DNA of 64,000 bases. Origin: Chloroflexota bacterium. GTDB lineage: Bacteria; Chloroflexota; UBA11872; VXOZ01. Each line of letters starts with the position of its first letter. Within the stretch, counting starts at the first letter, position 1. The notes beneath the pieces were generated by a model. The model had not been told where the DNA came from. It did no database searches and saw only the letters and a list, made by a program, of their open reading frames with translations. Below are positions 20,910-31,404 of the stretch, piece by piece. Location of the stretch: positions 416,001-480,000 of the forward strand of contig CAXXVD010000005.1 of assembly GCA_963662335.2 (NCBI GenBank), in the 5' to 3' direction. The position numbers were made by a program, and so were the translations under genes.

Positions 20910-22415
20910 CTACCACACGTCCGGGTTGCGCACCACGATCGTGCGCATGAGCTTATCGTGCCACGTTTGGCTGTTCTTGTCCCAGAATGCCCAGAGGAAC
21001 CCAATACCGAGAACAAGCGCGCTCATGAGCTTGCCGCCAAGTTCGCGCAGCAGCAATTGCGGCAACCGTGGATACCGGTGATCCCGCAGGTCGATTATTT
21101 CCAGACCCAGCAGCGCCTTCCCCGGCGTCGTGCCGCTATGGAGCACCGACACGTAGAACGAGGCGTACAAAGCCGGCGCGAAGACGAACCGCCAGAACCA
21201 ATTGAGCGGGTGCGCAACGGCCCACGGCGTAACCGGCTGAATAATGAACATGAGAATGAGCGCAGCGGGAATGCCGGCGTCAATCGCAGCCGCCAGCAAG
21301 CGCGGCAAGAGATTGGCCTTCTTGCCCACGAGTTCGTTTTGCACGAAGGAATCGCAGGCGCGGCAGAACAGTTCCTCAGATTCGTAGGGCGAGCCGCACT
21401 CTGGGCAGCGTTGCGCCAGCAACCGCTCACGCTGCGCCAACGAGAGGTGATCAACCTCTACAGGAGCGCTTTGGGTAATCTCCTCCACGTCAACGCGCGT
21501 TACACCGCGCACACGCAGGGCAACTTCCTGGACGCGCCGGCGCTGGGCCGCATCCCGGAACTTACCCCGAATGCGGGCGGCGCCGGTCGTCGGATCAACG
21601 CGAATCCCGTGAAATGCCGCGCCAAGCAAAAGGACGTCCTCACCCTGGAGCGCTTGGACGAGTCCCATACTCTGGCGAAACCAGGCCGTCTGTCCAACCA
21701 GAGTGTCAAGCGCTGCCCGCGCGAGCAGCGTCCAGCCGTATACAAAGAGGAAACCCGACGGCGCCCAAAACGGCGAGAAGAAGACGATGGCTGCCAGGCT
21801 GTGCGTTGGGTAGTATTCCGCGGCAAATGCCCACATTACGACAAGCGGCACGCCAAAGACCGCCAAGAGGACGTGCGGGTCCGTGCGCAGCGTAAGGAAA
21901 GAGCCAAAGTGGAGACCCCAGCGCACGTCTTGCTGGAGCCCGCGCCGTTGCAAGAGGGCCATGAGCCCGCCGCACAAACCGCCCACCAGCACTAAGTGCC
22001 AGAGGCGGAAGATGAGCACCGCGGCCCCGCCCACCGTCCACAGCAAGCGGCGTCCCGCTTCCGCAAGAATCGCCACGTCCGAAACGTAGACGGAAACGGC
22101 GATGATGACGGCAACGGTCAACACGAGGCTGCCGGCTATGAACCTGGTGGTAGGGAATCCCGGGTAGAAAAAGCCCAAGAGACCGGCAAGCGCCGCAAGC
22201 ACAACGAAACCGGTGAGACCGACAACCATGCCGAAACGAAACGCCTCCAGAATGCCCCAAAGACCGGTGATCAGCACTAGCGACGCAATGAAGCCGGCGG
22301 CAACCGCGGCGCCGGCCACACTCCCGGCCAGAATCGTCGCACGGGTGTTGGCTACCATGGCCATGACGTCTGCCGGGCTCTCCGCCCGTATTTCTCGTTG
22401 TCTCAGTTCGCTCAT
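20910..22415 (-). CDS. Paralog: multi-TM + BON-like + Zn ribbon + RDD domain
   Basis: Same layout; CPEC...CRAC; QTWHDKLMRTIVV; both paralogs end in PDVW. Confidence 0.85.
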   Translation of the reverse strand: MSELRQREIRAESPADVMAMVANTRATILAGSVAGAAVAAGFIASLVLITGLWGILEAFRFGMVVGLTGFVVLAALAGLLGFFYPGFPTTRFIAGSLVLTVAVIIAVSVYVSDVAILAEAGRRLLWTVGGAAVLIFRLWHLVLVGGLCGGLMALLQRRGLQQDVRWGLHFGSFLTLRTDPHVLLAVFGVPLVVMWAFAAEYYPTHSLAAIVFFSPFWAPSGFLFVYGWTLLARAALDTLVGQTAWFRQSMGLVQALQGEDVLLLGAAFHGIRVDPTTGAARIRGKFRDAAQRRRVQEVALRVRGVTRVDVEEITQSAPVEVDHLSLAQRERLLAQRCPECGSPYESEELFCRACDSFVQNELVGKKANLLPRLLAAAIDAGIPAALILMFIIQPVTPWAVAHPLNWFWRFVFAPALYASFYVSVLHSGTTPGKALLGLEIIDLRDHRYPRLPQLLLRELGGKLMSALVLGIGFLWAFWDKNSQTWHDKLMRTIVVRNPDVW

Positions 22416-22522
22416 CAGACCACCCTCCTCTCGGAATCCTTCAGTTCGACTCTATTCTGAGGCCTCTACTCCACCGAGCCGCCGCGTATGCCTGGATGCA
22501 ATTCCAGGCACGGCGCGAGACC

Positions 22523-23911
22523 CTACTCATTTAGGTGCGTCTGCAACCAGCTTTGCGCCTGCTGCGCGGCCTGCTCCACGCTAATCTCACCTCGCGCTAG
22601 GGGCAGTGTCAGGTTTCTAAATAGCCAGCTATTGATGGCGTTGCTACTCGCCACATACGATGGATGCGCGGTGCTGAGAATGTCAAGAACGACTTCCCGC
22701 TGATGCTCGAGAAAGAGAAGATCGAGGTGTTCTCTAGACCCCGGCGAGGAAATGTGCTCCAGGCTAGACTTGACAGTCGGCAAACGACTGCGTTCACCAA
22801 AGTGCAGAGCCAGGGGAGCCAACACCTGGTACGAGAGATCAAGGTCTCTTGCGCCTGCGGGAATAGCGGTCACATCGAAGAGCATAAGCGGTGTTCCTGC
22901 CTTCGGCCCTGCAGGGATTGACGCCGCTTCACGGTCACCAGTACTGCTGATCTCAAAGGCAGTCTGAAAGAGGATGCCAGTCCGGCTGGCACGATACGGG
23001 CGCCGAATTCCCGGTGGGTGAGATGAAATCACTTGCCCATAGGGCATAATGCCGTGTACCCGTCCGAGTTCATCCCAATAGTGAAGACCGCGCAGCGCCG
23101 CTGGATCGGTCAGTTGAACGGCGCCGGTTTCCAAGTCAATTACGTCTTTGCCTGTCTCCTGCAATACGAAGGGCAGCCAGTCAGCATAGAAGTGGCTTAC
23201 GCCAAAGCCCCACTGGTCCACTGTGCCATCGCCATTCGTATCCTGCGTCAACTGCTTCGCGGCAGCGACAAAGTCTTCACGCGACCAACCCAGCTGCGGT
23301 GGGGCAACATTCGCCTGGGAGAAGAGGCCGGGTAGGTATTGGGTAACGCCAGCGGTTACCCTGGTTGGCAGTGCCATCGTTTGTCCCTGGTATCGTACAA
23401 GCTTGACGGATTGAGGGAAGAACTGTTCCAGAGGTTGGTTTGCGTCGTTCTGGATGAAGCGATCCAAGGGTTGCAGGAGATTGCTCTTGAAAAGCCACGG
23501 AAAGTCAACCTGCCAGGCAAAAACCATCAGGTCCGGCACTGTGCCTGCAGAGATTCTTGCGGAGAGGGCAGCAGCAAATGCATCCTGTGTGGCTTCTAGA
23601 TTTCCAGTGGTAGAAAACGTCAGTTTAGCCTCTTGCATTTCAATATTGGCTGGGACATCAGCCACTCTACCCTCATTCACATGACGAATAGCCTCCAACA
23701 TCGGGCCCTGCCTGCGAAACATGGCAAGCGTAAGAGTCTCTTTGTCTTTTGAGGGTTGCGGTACGGCGTCCTGTAGCGCAGTCGGCGCAGCACGCGCTTC
23801 CTGGTCGTCGTCTTCATCATCGCCGCCACAAGCAGCCAGCAAGAGAAGCTGAGCGCCGAGCAGCGCGCGTCCGAGCCATTCTCGCCTTGTCAATCGTTTA
23901 GCTGTAGTCAC
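22523..23911 (-). CDS. Extracellular solute-binding lipoprotein (sugar-type), Tat signal
   Basis: TRREWL...LAAC lipobox, PDL motif, LLQPLD, DTNGDGTVDQWG. Confidence 0.88.
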   Translation of the reverse strand: MTTAKRLTRREWLGRALLGAQLLLLAACGGDDEDDDQEARAAPTALQDAVPQPSKDKETLTLAMFRRQGPMLEAIRHVNEGRVADVPANIEMQEAKLTFSTTGNLEATQDAFAAALSARISAGTVPDLMVFAWQVDFPWLFKSNLLQPLDRFIQNDANQPLEQFFPQSVKLVRYQGQTMALPTRVTAGVTQYLPGLFSQANVAPPQLGWSREDFVAAAKQLTQDTNGDGTVDQWGFGVSHFYADWLPFVLQETGKDVIDLETGAVQLTDPAALRGLHYWDELGRVHGIMPYGQVISSHPPGIRRPYRASRTGILFQTAFEISSTGDREAASIPAGPKAGTPLMLFDVTAIPAGARDLDLSYQVLAPLALHFGERSRLPTVKSSLEHISSPGSREHLDLLFLEHQREVVLDILSTAHPSYVASSNAINSWLFRNLTLPLARGEISVEQAAQQAQSWLQTHLNE

Positions 23912-24076
23912 TTGAATCCTCCGGCTAGCATAGCCACGAAAGTAGCTGATCTAACTTTACTTCTCAAAGTGCGTTCAGTCGTCACATGGGAGTTCAGGAA
24001 CCCATTTGAAGCCGATGCACATTAGTACCCTGGCGCCTCATTGAAAGAGGATCAGATAAAGGACAGTCAAGACTAC

Positions 24077-25456
24077 CTATGGTTCACTCAAATAGGACTT
24101 CAGCCAATCCTGCGCCTGTTGCGCGGCTTGCACCACGTCCAATTCACCACGGGTGAGAGGCAACGTCAGCCTGTCGAAGAGTTCTAGTGTCATGTAGAAG
24201 CTGCTCGCTAGTTGCGATGGTCTGGCGGTATCGAGCAGATGGAAGACGAGCTCCCGGTCCTCTGGCGGCAACATGAGCTCCAAGTAGCCGGTGCTGGGTT
24301 TTTCAATGTGCTGCTGTCCCGCGATTACGGGCGGCATGAGGAGACGCGAACCGAGATCAAGCGCGAGAGGCATTAGAGTCTCGTAGGAAAGGGCGGGATC
24401 GGGCGCAAGGGACGGGATTGCCGCAGCCTGTGACACTGATAGCGGCGTTACGTCCCGCGGCCCGGCCGGCAATGGGGCTTGTTGGCCCGCCAGCATGTTG
24501 CTGGGAGAAATGTACCGAAAGAAGAGAATGCCGTTGAGCAGGGTTGTGAAGTCAACATCGAATTGGTCTGCCGTCACCGTCGCGCCATGGGGCATGATGC
24601 CGTGCACGCGCCCCAGTTCGTCCCAGAATTGCAGCCCGCGCAGCGCCGCCGGATCCGTAAGACGCACAGCGCCAGTGTGTGGGTCGAGTATATCCTTGTC
24701 CAGTTCCTGCAAGACAAACGGCAACCAGTTCACGAAGTATTTGTTCGGATTGAATCCCCACTTGTCCACTTTGCCGTCACTATCGGAATCTTCGGTCAGA
24801 TTTTGTGCGGCCGCGACAAATGCCTCACGGGTCCAGCCCTTTTCAGGAGAAGGCAGCCCGGCATCTGCGAATTGCTTAGGTTTGTACCGTGCCACGCCGG
24901 CCTCCAGCGCGATGGGCAGGGCCATCAACTGGCTTTGATAGCGGACCAACTCCAGGGCAGGGGGAAGGAACTCCTCTGAAGGCTCCGAGCGATCTTGCTG
25001 TACAAACCGGTCGATCGGCTGGACAAGCCCGCTGCGCAACACCCAGGGAATGTCGAGAAAGATGCTGACCATGAGCAGGTCCGGCGGCGTGCCGGCAGAA
25101 TCCTGCTCGCTCAGAAACGCCGAGAGTGCGGCCTGTGCGCCTTCGATGAGTTCCAATGGGTCGCGCGGTCTCGCGATGTTTATCCGGACGCGCTCCAATT
25201 GAACGTCTTCCGGCGCGCCTGGCACTGCACCCGCATTCCACCGCTCAATGGCATCGTCGACAGCCCTGGCGTGCCCGTCCGGCGTGGCGGCCAGCCGCAG
25301 CGTTACCGGCTCTCGCGAGACCTTTGGCACAGAGGCCTGCGGCGCCTCCGGCGCAGCACGCGGTTGATCGTCATCTTCATCATCGCCGCCGCAGGCAGCG
25401 ATGAGAAAGACCTGCGCACCAATCAAAGTGCTACCGAGAATTTCACGTCTCGTCAT
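24077..25456 (-). CDS. Extracellular solute-binding lipoprotein, paralog 2
   Basis: MTRREIL...IAACGGDDEDD, DSDSDGKVDKWG, DELGRVHGIMP. Confidence 0.88.
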   Translation of the reverse strand: MTRREILGSTLIGAQVFLIAACGGDDEDDDQPRAAPEAPQASVPKVSREPVTLRLAATPDGHARAVDDAIERWNAGAVPGAPEDVQLERVRINIARPRDPLELIEGAQAALSAFLSEQDSAGTPPDLLMVSIFLDIPWVLRSGLVQPIDRFVQQDRSEPSEEFLPPALELVRYQSQLMALPIALEAGVARYKPKQFADAGLPSPEKGWTREAFVAAAQNLTEDSDSDGKVDKWGFNPNKYFVNWLPFVLQELDKDILDPHTGAVRLTDPAALRGLQFWDELGRVHGIMPHGATVTADQFDVDFTTLLNGILFFRYISPSNMLAGQQAPLPAGPRDVTPLSVSQAAAIPSLAPDPALSYETLMPLALDLGSRLLMPPVIAGQQHIEKPSTGYLELMLPPEDRELVFHLLDTARPSQLASSFYMTLELFDRLTLPLTRGELDVVQAAQQAQDWLKSYLSEP

Positions 25457-25615
25457 GAGGTGAGACTCCGTATGTCTATATGGAACCCTTGCTTTGCCGC
25501 TGCAGCTTTGATATTAGATGCTTCTACCCCGGCTACGGGCACTACGCCAACTGGTGAACACCTCTCTGAGACCAGTTCCTTTGAGCCGGAGGGGTGCGGC
25601 AACTCTCACGGCGCG

Positions 25616-27082
25616 CTACTCGTTCAAATACGACTGCAGCCAGTTCTGCGCCTCCTGCGCCGCCTGCTCTACGACCATTTCCCCGCGGGCAAGCGGCAGC
25701 GTCAGCTTCTCGAACAGTTGAAAGTGCATCATATAACTACTGGCAAGCGGCGATGGGCGGCCGGTTTCCAAGACGTGGAACGCAAGCTGCCGGTCATGTT
25801 CCGGCAGCAAGAGATTGATGTGGCCGGACTGCGGATTCTCAAGGTACTCTTGTCCGGAAATCACCGGCGGGAGCAAGTAGCGCTCCCCGAGGTAGTTCGC
25901 CAGCGGGACCAGCGCCGCGTACGCCTGGGCGGTATCGCGGGCGCCAGCGGGTATCGCCAAAGAAGCCCCCAAAGTCAATGGCGTAACGTCGCGCGGCCCG
26001 GCTGGGAGCGGGACTTGCTTGCCCGTAGTGACGGCGCCGGGGGACATGAAATAGAAGAAGAAAGTGCTGGGATGCCGAGACCAGAATTCAAACCGGTAGG
26101 TGGCCGCTGTCACGTCGGGGCCATGGGGCATGACGCCGTGCGTCTTCCCCAACTCATCCCAGAACCGCAAGCCGCGCAGGGCCGCCGGCTCCATGAGCCG
26201 CGCTTCGCCGGTATTCAGGTCTACCACGTCCCGATCCGTCTCCTGCAAGACGAAGGGTAGCCAGTTCACGACGTTGTATATCGGACGAAAACCCCAATTG
26301 TCCACCTTGCCGTCGTCGTCGGTGTCTTGCGTGAGCCGCAGGGCGGCGGCAACGAAGTCTTCACGGGTCCACCCGTCGTCCGGGGCCGGCAAGCCCGCGT
26401 CCGCGAAGTGCTTGGGGTTGTACCGCGCGACGCTGGCGCCCAAGGAAACGGGCAACGCCATCATCCGGCCCCGAAAGCGCACCAATTCCAACGCCGCCGG
26501 CAGAAAATTCGCCAATGGCTCGTTGCCGTCTTGCTGCAGAAGGCGATCAAGCGGCTGGATGATGCCGCTGCGGAAGGCCCAGGGATAATCGAAGAGGCGA
26601 TTGACCATGAGCAGGTCAAGCGGCGCGCCGGCAGACTCTCGCTCGGCCAGGAATGCTTGCACTCGCTCTTGAATGTGCGCGAGAAGCTCCATCGGCGTGC
26701 GCCGCGAGGAGATCTGAATCGTGAGGCGCTCCAGCCGGATGTCCTGAGACCCGCCGGGAAACTCGCCCCGGTTCCATGCATCGACGGCTTGACCAACAAC
26801 CGGAGCAAATTCAACCAGCATCGAGGCAATTGTCAGTGTAGTCGGCTCTCGCGCCGGCGGCGCCGCAGCCGGCGGCGCCGTGGGCGCGGCGCGCGGCTGC
26901 TCCGCGTCGTCCTCATCATCGCCGCCGCAAGCGGCCAGTAGAACTGCCTGTGCGCCAAGGAGAGCGCCGCCGAGCAAGGCACGGCGTGTGAGTAGCTTCG
27001 CCGCGGTTGGCGGGGTCGCCGAATCCTCCGGTGATTCCAAAACCTCTGGATAAAGCAAAGCACACGGTCCCACCGCAGTCAT
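25616..27082 (-). CDS. Extracellular solute-binding lipoprotein, paralog 3
   Basis: TRRALL...LAACGGDDEDD; AAGGAG RBS before ATG 27082. Confidence 0.88.
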   Translation of the reverse strand: MTAVGPCALLYPEVLESPEDSATPPTAAKLLTRRALLGGALLGAQAVLLAACGGDDEDDAEQPRAAPTAPPAAAPPAREPTTLTIASMLVEFAPVVGQAVDAWNRGEFPGGSQDIRLERLTIQISSRRTPMELLAHIQERVQAFLAERESAGAPLDLLMVNRLFDYPWAFRSGIIQPLDRLLQQDGNEPLANFLPAALELVRFRGRMMALPVSLGASVARYNPKHFADAGLPAPDDGWTREDFVAAALRLTQDTDDDGKVDNWGFRPIYNVVNWLPFVLQETDRDVVDLNTGEARLMEPAALRGLRFWDELGKTHGVMPHGPDVTAATYRFEFWSRHPSTFFFYFMSPGAVTTGKQVPLPAGPRDVTPLTLGASLAIPAGARDTAQAYAALVPLANYLGERYLLPPVISGQEYLENPQSGHINLLLPEHDRQLAFHVLETGRPSPLASSYMMHFQLFEKLTLPLARGEMVVEQAAQEAQNWLQSYLNE

Positions 27083-27411
27083 GCGTATTCTCCTTGTTCG
27101 CGAATCGCTCTCCCGGGCGGGAGTTACCACCTGTCTTGAGTATCTAACAACACGAGCGTAAGGTCAAGAAGTGTAATGAACTGAGTTACTGGGCACCACC
27201 CTCGCGCTTTGCAGAGGCGCTACCGAAAGCTTGTTCAGCGTGAAAGGCATTGAACTTCCACAAGCCCTTGCATGGCGGCCGCGGTGGAGCCGCTGCCATT
27301 AACCGGCCTAGGAGAGTCGAGCAAAGACAAGCCGCTCGCGCTGAGGCTATCCGCGCGCGAACGGCTTGTCTCGCTCAAGAAAAAGGCTCTGCGGCAATCA
27401 AGCTAACGCAT

Positions 27412-28836
27412 TCAAGCGAGCGGCAGCGTGAACGTAAAGCGGCTGCCCTCACCCGGCGCGCTTTCGGCGCGGATTGTGCCCCCGTGGGCCTCGACCAATT
27501 GCTTGGCAATGGTCAGCCCCAGGCCCGCGCCGCCGGTGCTGCGTGCGCGCGACGGGTCGACCCGGTAGAGCCGGTCGAACACGTGGGGCAGGTCCTCAGC
27601 GGGAATGCCCTCACCGGAGTCGGCTACCGTCACTGAGACCATCCCATCCTCTTCTTCGACGGATACGTCGATGCGGCCGCCGGCCGGCGTGTGCGTCACC
27701 GCGTTTTGCAACAGGTTATTCATCACCTGCTCGATGCGCGTGCGGTCGATATGCACCAATCGGCCTGGCCCGCTGCGCCCTTCCTCTCCAGAGTCCCACG
27801 CCAGCGTGATCTCCTTTGCCTGCGCTTGCGGGCGAAACGCCTCGACCGACCGCGAAATCACGCCGGCCAAAGTTCCCGGTTCCAGGTCGAGCCGGAAGTC
27901 GGCCGCCTCCGTCTCCGCCAGCAGGCGCAGGTCTTCCACCAGCTTGGAGAGGTACATCGTCTGCCGGTGCATGTGCATGATCGTCGCCTGGTCGGCTTCC
28001 AGCACGCCGTCCCGCACCGCCTCCACGTAGCCGCGTATGTTGGAGAGGGGCGTGCGCAGTTCGTGCGCCACGTCGGCCACCATGTTGCGGCGCTGCCGCT
28101 CGGCGTTTTCAAGACCGGCGGCCATGGCATTGAACGTGCGCGTCAACTCCCCAACTTCGTCGCGCCCGGCATCTTCCGCCACCCGTTGCGAGAGGTCGCC
28201 TTTGCCCAACTTCTGCGCCGCGCTCGTGAGCCGGCGCACCGACCCCAGCAGCCGGCGCGACAGCAGCGAGACGAGCACAATGCCGCCCAGACCCGCGACG
28301 AGACCCGACCACAAGAGCGATTGAAAGCTGGTTTCGGCAAAGCGCCGCAGCGAAGGCTCCTGGATTTCCCGCCACGCTTCGCCGGAAGCCGGTATGCGCT
28401 CCGGCCCCCGATACGGCCTGAACGTGGGCCGCGAGGCAACGGGCCCGATCAGCACGTAGCCTACGTCCTCATCGCCCACGCGAATGCCGGACTTGTAGTA
28501 GCGCTCGCGGGAAGCATGCTCGCTTTCGCTGGCCCATCGCGTAACGACCAGGAGATGGCCGTGCTCATCCAGAATTGCGATGTCGCGCCCAGTGAGATAG
28601 CTCACCCGTTCGACGATGCCGGCCACACCGCTCCAACTGCCTCTACCCGTGTAATACTCCGTGAACGCTTCATGGATGCGGGCAAAGAGGGCCTCATTGG
28701 AGGCGGCGCGCATTTCGTGCACCTCGCGCTCCGCCGCCAGGCCGCTATACGTGCCCACCGCCGCCAGCGCCAGCACAAGCACGGCGGCAAAGCCGGCGAT
28801 GAGCCGGAATTGAAGGCTGTAGAACCACCTAGCCAT
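27412..28836 (-). CDS. Sensor histidine kinase (HAMP, BaeS-like)
   Basis: 2 [35 protein letters not shown]. Confidence 0.95.
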   Translation of the reverse strand: MARWFYSLQFRLIAGFAAVLVLALAAVGTYSGLAAEREVHEMRAASNEALFARIHEAFTEYYTGRGSWSGVAGIVERVSYLTGRDIAILDEHGHLLVVTRWASESEHASRERYYKSGIRVGDEDVGYVLIGPVASRPTFRPYRGPERIPASGEAWREIQEPSLRRFAETSFQSLLWSGLVAGLGGIVLVSLLSRRLLGSVRRLTSAAQKLGKGDLSQRVAEDAGRDEVGELTRTFNAMAAGLENAERQRRNMVADVAHELRTPLSNIRGYVEAVRDGVLEADQATIMHMHRQTMYLSKLVEDLRLLAETEAADFRLDLEPGTLAGVISRSVEAFRPQAQAKEITLAWDSGEEGRSGPGRLVHIDRTRIEQVMNNLLQNAVTHTPAGGRIDVSVEEEDGMVSVTVADSGEGIPAEDLPHVFDRLYRVDPSRARSTGGAGLGLTIAKQLVEAHGGTIRAESAPGEGSRFTFTLPLA

Positions 28837-29533
28837 TGCGGTCTTCGTCCCAGACGCTGAACCGGTAGCCGACACCGTAGACCGTCTGAATGCGGCCCGG
28901 GCCGTCCGCCGGGCGAATCTTGCGCCGCAGATTGGCCACGTGGGCGTCCACCGTGCGGTCGAAGCCCTGGAAGTCGAAGCCGAATACCCGGTCGATGATC
29001 TGCTCGCGGGAAAAGGTGCGTTCCGGCTCCTTGATGAGCATGACGAGGATTCTATACTCCGTCGGCGTAAGCGCGGCCTTCGCGCCATTGGCGTAGACAG
29101 TGCGCCGGTGCAAGTCCACCGTTACGCCGCTGTGGGCGATCTCCGCCGGTCCGCGTTCCAACTCGCCGGTCGCGGTGCGGCGGAGCACGGCGCGGATGCG
29201 CGCCGCCAGTTCCCGGGGGCTAAACGGCTTGGTGACGTAGTCGTCGGCGCCTAAGTCCAGCCCCTTTAGCCGGTCCTCTTCCTCCACCCGCGCCGTGACC
29301 ATCACCACCGGCACCGTGGACTCCTTCCGCAACGCGCGGCAGACCTCGATGCCGCCCAGCCTGGGGAGCATGAGGTCCAGCACCACCAAATCGGGCCGGG
29401 CGCTGCGGGCCAGGCGCAAGCCCTCCACGCCGTCATGGGCGCTCACAACCTTGTGCCCGTCCCGCCGCAGGTAGAGGCTGACCAGCTTGACGGTGTCCGG
29501 ATCATCTTCGACAATGAGCACGGTGCTTGGCAT
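28829..29533 (-). CDS. OmpR-family response regulator
   Basis: [42 protein letters not shown]. Confidence 0.96.
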   Translation of the reverse strand: MPSTVLIVEDDPDTVKLVSLYLRRDGHKVVSAHDGVEGLRLARSARPDLVVLDLMLPRLGGIEVCRALRKESTVPVVMVTARVEEEDRLKGLDLGADDYVTKPFSPRELAARIRAVLRRTATGELERGPAEIAHSGVTVDLHRRTVYANGAKAALTPTEYRILVMLIKEPERTFSREQIIDRVFGFDFQGFDRTVDAHVANLRRKIRPADGPGRIQTVYGVGYRFSVWDEDRNG

Positions 29534-29672
29534 ACGTTCCTCGCTTTCGCACTTGCGCGACACGTTCTTATTCTAAAGCCCGCAGAGTCGTCACCATCCC
29601 AAGTTGCGCATCCGCCCGACCCCAATGCCGCCGCATCGAACGGAGCGACAGCAAGACTCGCGTACAAGACTT

Positions 29673-29698
29673 CCGGTAGCGCAGGTTTGCAACCTGCG
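29673..29698 (+). repeat. GTAG-type REP family B (CCGGTAGCGCAGGTTTGCAACCTGCG)
   Basis: Identical copies at 40666-40691 and 59115-59140; reverse variant at 49243-49268. Confidence 0.9.
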
Positions 29699-29825
29699 AG
29701 GCTGCGGGGTCAATCCTTTGCGAGTGCTTTTCTTTTGCTCTGGCGGGGGACAAGCCCCCGCGCTACTCTAATGCGACCGCATTGCCGCCCGATTCTCGCC
29801 CCTGCCGCGCGCTTCCCTGCCCTTA

Positions 29826-29857
29826 AGCATAGCAAGAACCATGAAGAAAATATGAAG
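29826..29857 (-). promoter_or_regulatory. Putative OmpR-type direct-repeat promoter for the regulator/kinase operon
   Basis: CTTCAT-N5-CTTCAT (11-bp period) 9 nt upstream of TATGCT; similar element at 30791-30823. Confidence 0.5.
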
Positions 29858-29865
29858 TCAGCCTG

Positions 29866-29902
29866 AAAAAGCGAACCCCCGGCAATTGCCGGGGGTTTGC
29901 TT
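29866..29902 (-). terminator. Intrinsic terminator downstream of the 29961-30743 gene
   Basis: AACCCCCGGCAATTGCCGGGGGTT hairpin with a U-tract on the minus strand. Confidence 0.75.
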
Positions 29903-29960
29903 GATTGTGCTGGGTCTGTGACGCCCGTGAGAGGGGGAGACGCCGCCACAGACCGTTTCG

Positions 29961-30743
29961 CTAGTTGTCGTCGTCGTCGTTGTCGTCGCTGTCACCGCCG
30001 TCGTCACTGCCCGCAGGCTCCGCGGTAGGCGAGACTTCAGCGGGCGCCGCCGGGACGGCTTTGTCCCGGTCGGGCGCCAAGCCCCTATAGTGGAAGTACC
30101 CCCGTTGGATCGAGTGTTGCCGGCTCCACTGCCAGCCATGGCCCTTGCCGCGTTCGAAGCCGCCACGTCTGTGGAAGCGCTCCGTCTGCGCGGCGAACCG
30201 CTCGCGAATCTCGCCGGCCTGCTCCTCGGTGAGTTGGCCGCCTTCAATCAGAGCTTCGAGGTGTTGGTCAAGTTGCTTTTCGATCAGTTCCGGCGACATG
30301 CCCATCTGCCCCATGGCTGGGAAACCGCCCCGGCCCTGGAACATGTGCCCCCGGCCGTCAAACTTCTGTCCCCGGGCCCGGCCTTCTTTCTTGCCGCGCT
30401 CGTGCCCGCCGGCCAGCCAGAAAGAGTCCGGGCGGCTGGCGTACCACTCGCGCAGTTCGTCCGCCTGCTCCTGGGTGATGCGGCCGCTCTCCACCAGCGC
30501 CCCGAGCCGCTGGCCGACCATCTCCTCGAACCGTTCGTCGCGCATTTCTTGCCGCGCCTGGTCAAACGCGTCCTGAACCTGTTGCTCCTCCAGCCCCAGG
30601 ATGTCGGCAACCCGGGTGATTAGCCCGCGAATGGGCTTTCCGGCGCCATTGCCGTTCTCCTGCGCCAATGCCGTGCCGCCGCCAATGCCAACGGCCAGCG
30701 CCAGCACGGCGACTATCGCAATGAGCCAATGCTTCTTCCTCAC
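29961..30743 (-). CDS. Secreted helical hypothetical protein with two L.AL(V/I)E.G.(I/L)T.EQA repeats and an acidic tail
   Basis: Signal peptide ending ALA-Q; GTG start after AGGAGG; upstream of the two-component system. Confidence 0.8.
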   Translation of the reverse strand: MRKKHWLIAIVAVLALAVGIGGGTALAQENGNGAGKPIRGLITRVADILGLEEQQVQDAFDQARQEMRDERFEEMVGQRLGALVESGRITQEQADELREWYASRPDSFWLAGGHERGKKEGRARGQKFDGRGHMFQGRGGFPAMGQMGMSPELIEKQLDQHLEALIEGGQLTEEQAGEIRERFAAQTERFHRRGGFERGKGHGWQWSRQHSIQRGYFHYRGLAPDRDKAVPAAPAEVSPTAEPAGSDDGGDSDDNDDDDN

Positions 30744-30948
30744 AGAAAACCTCCTGTGTGCTCCGGGCGGTTCGTTCCGCCTCTGATTCGAGCATAGGGG
30801 AGGAATGTCAAGGAAATACGAACGGCGCACGCGCTCCGCGAGAAACGGGCGTTTCCAATCCGGCGCGCCGGCGCCAAGCCGCGCTAGGAGAATCGGCGTT
30901 GCGGGCTGCTATACTAAAGGCGATTGGCTCGCGGCAAGGCGGAGAATC

Positions 30949-31188
30949 ATGGAAGTCAACGGAGAATTCATCGTCACGCTCGTCGTAACCGTCGGCGCCA
31001 TCGCGGCCTTGCTTTGGCGCTTGGAGACCCGCATTTCCGGCGTGGAGTCGCGCCTGGAGAAACGCATCTCAGGTGTGGAGACGCGGCTAGGGGGACGCAT
31101 CTCAGAGGTCTCCGACCGCGTTTCGCGCATCGAAGGCTTGCTGGAAGGATACTTCCTGCAGGCGCGGGGCAGCGACGACAAGAGCTAA
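30949..31188 (+). CDS. Small TM + coiled-coil hypothetical protein
   Basis: GGAGA RBS; N-terminal TM then RISGVE.RL repeats, ends RIEGLLEG. Confidence 0.7.
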   Translation: MEVNGEFIVTLVVTVGAIAALLWRLETRISGVESRLEKRISGVETRLGGRISEVSDRVSRIEGLLEGYFLQARGSDDKS

Positions 31189-31322
31189 GCCCGGCCTGAC
31201 CGGAGGAGACTTGGTCAACGACTTTGCCGTAGACGTCCGGGCGCTCAATCCTCTGCTGGAATAGCAGCGCGGCTTTCCGGCGGGCAACGCGCCCAGCGCG
31301 GCCCCAACCCAGCCATGAAAGC

Positions 31323-31360
31323 GCGAGAGCCCTTCCTCCAGCGAGGAAGGGCTCTCGTTT
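31323..31360. terminator. Probable bidirectional terminator
   Basis: CGAGAGCCCTTCCTC-loop-GAGGAAGGGCTCTCG hairpin between convergent genes. Confidence 0.7.
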
Positions 31361-31404
31361 CGCCGGCCTCTACCTGACGGCGGCCATGCCGCGCGCTCAG
31401 AGCG

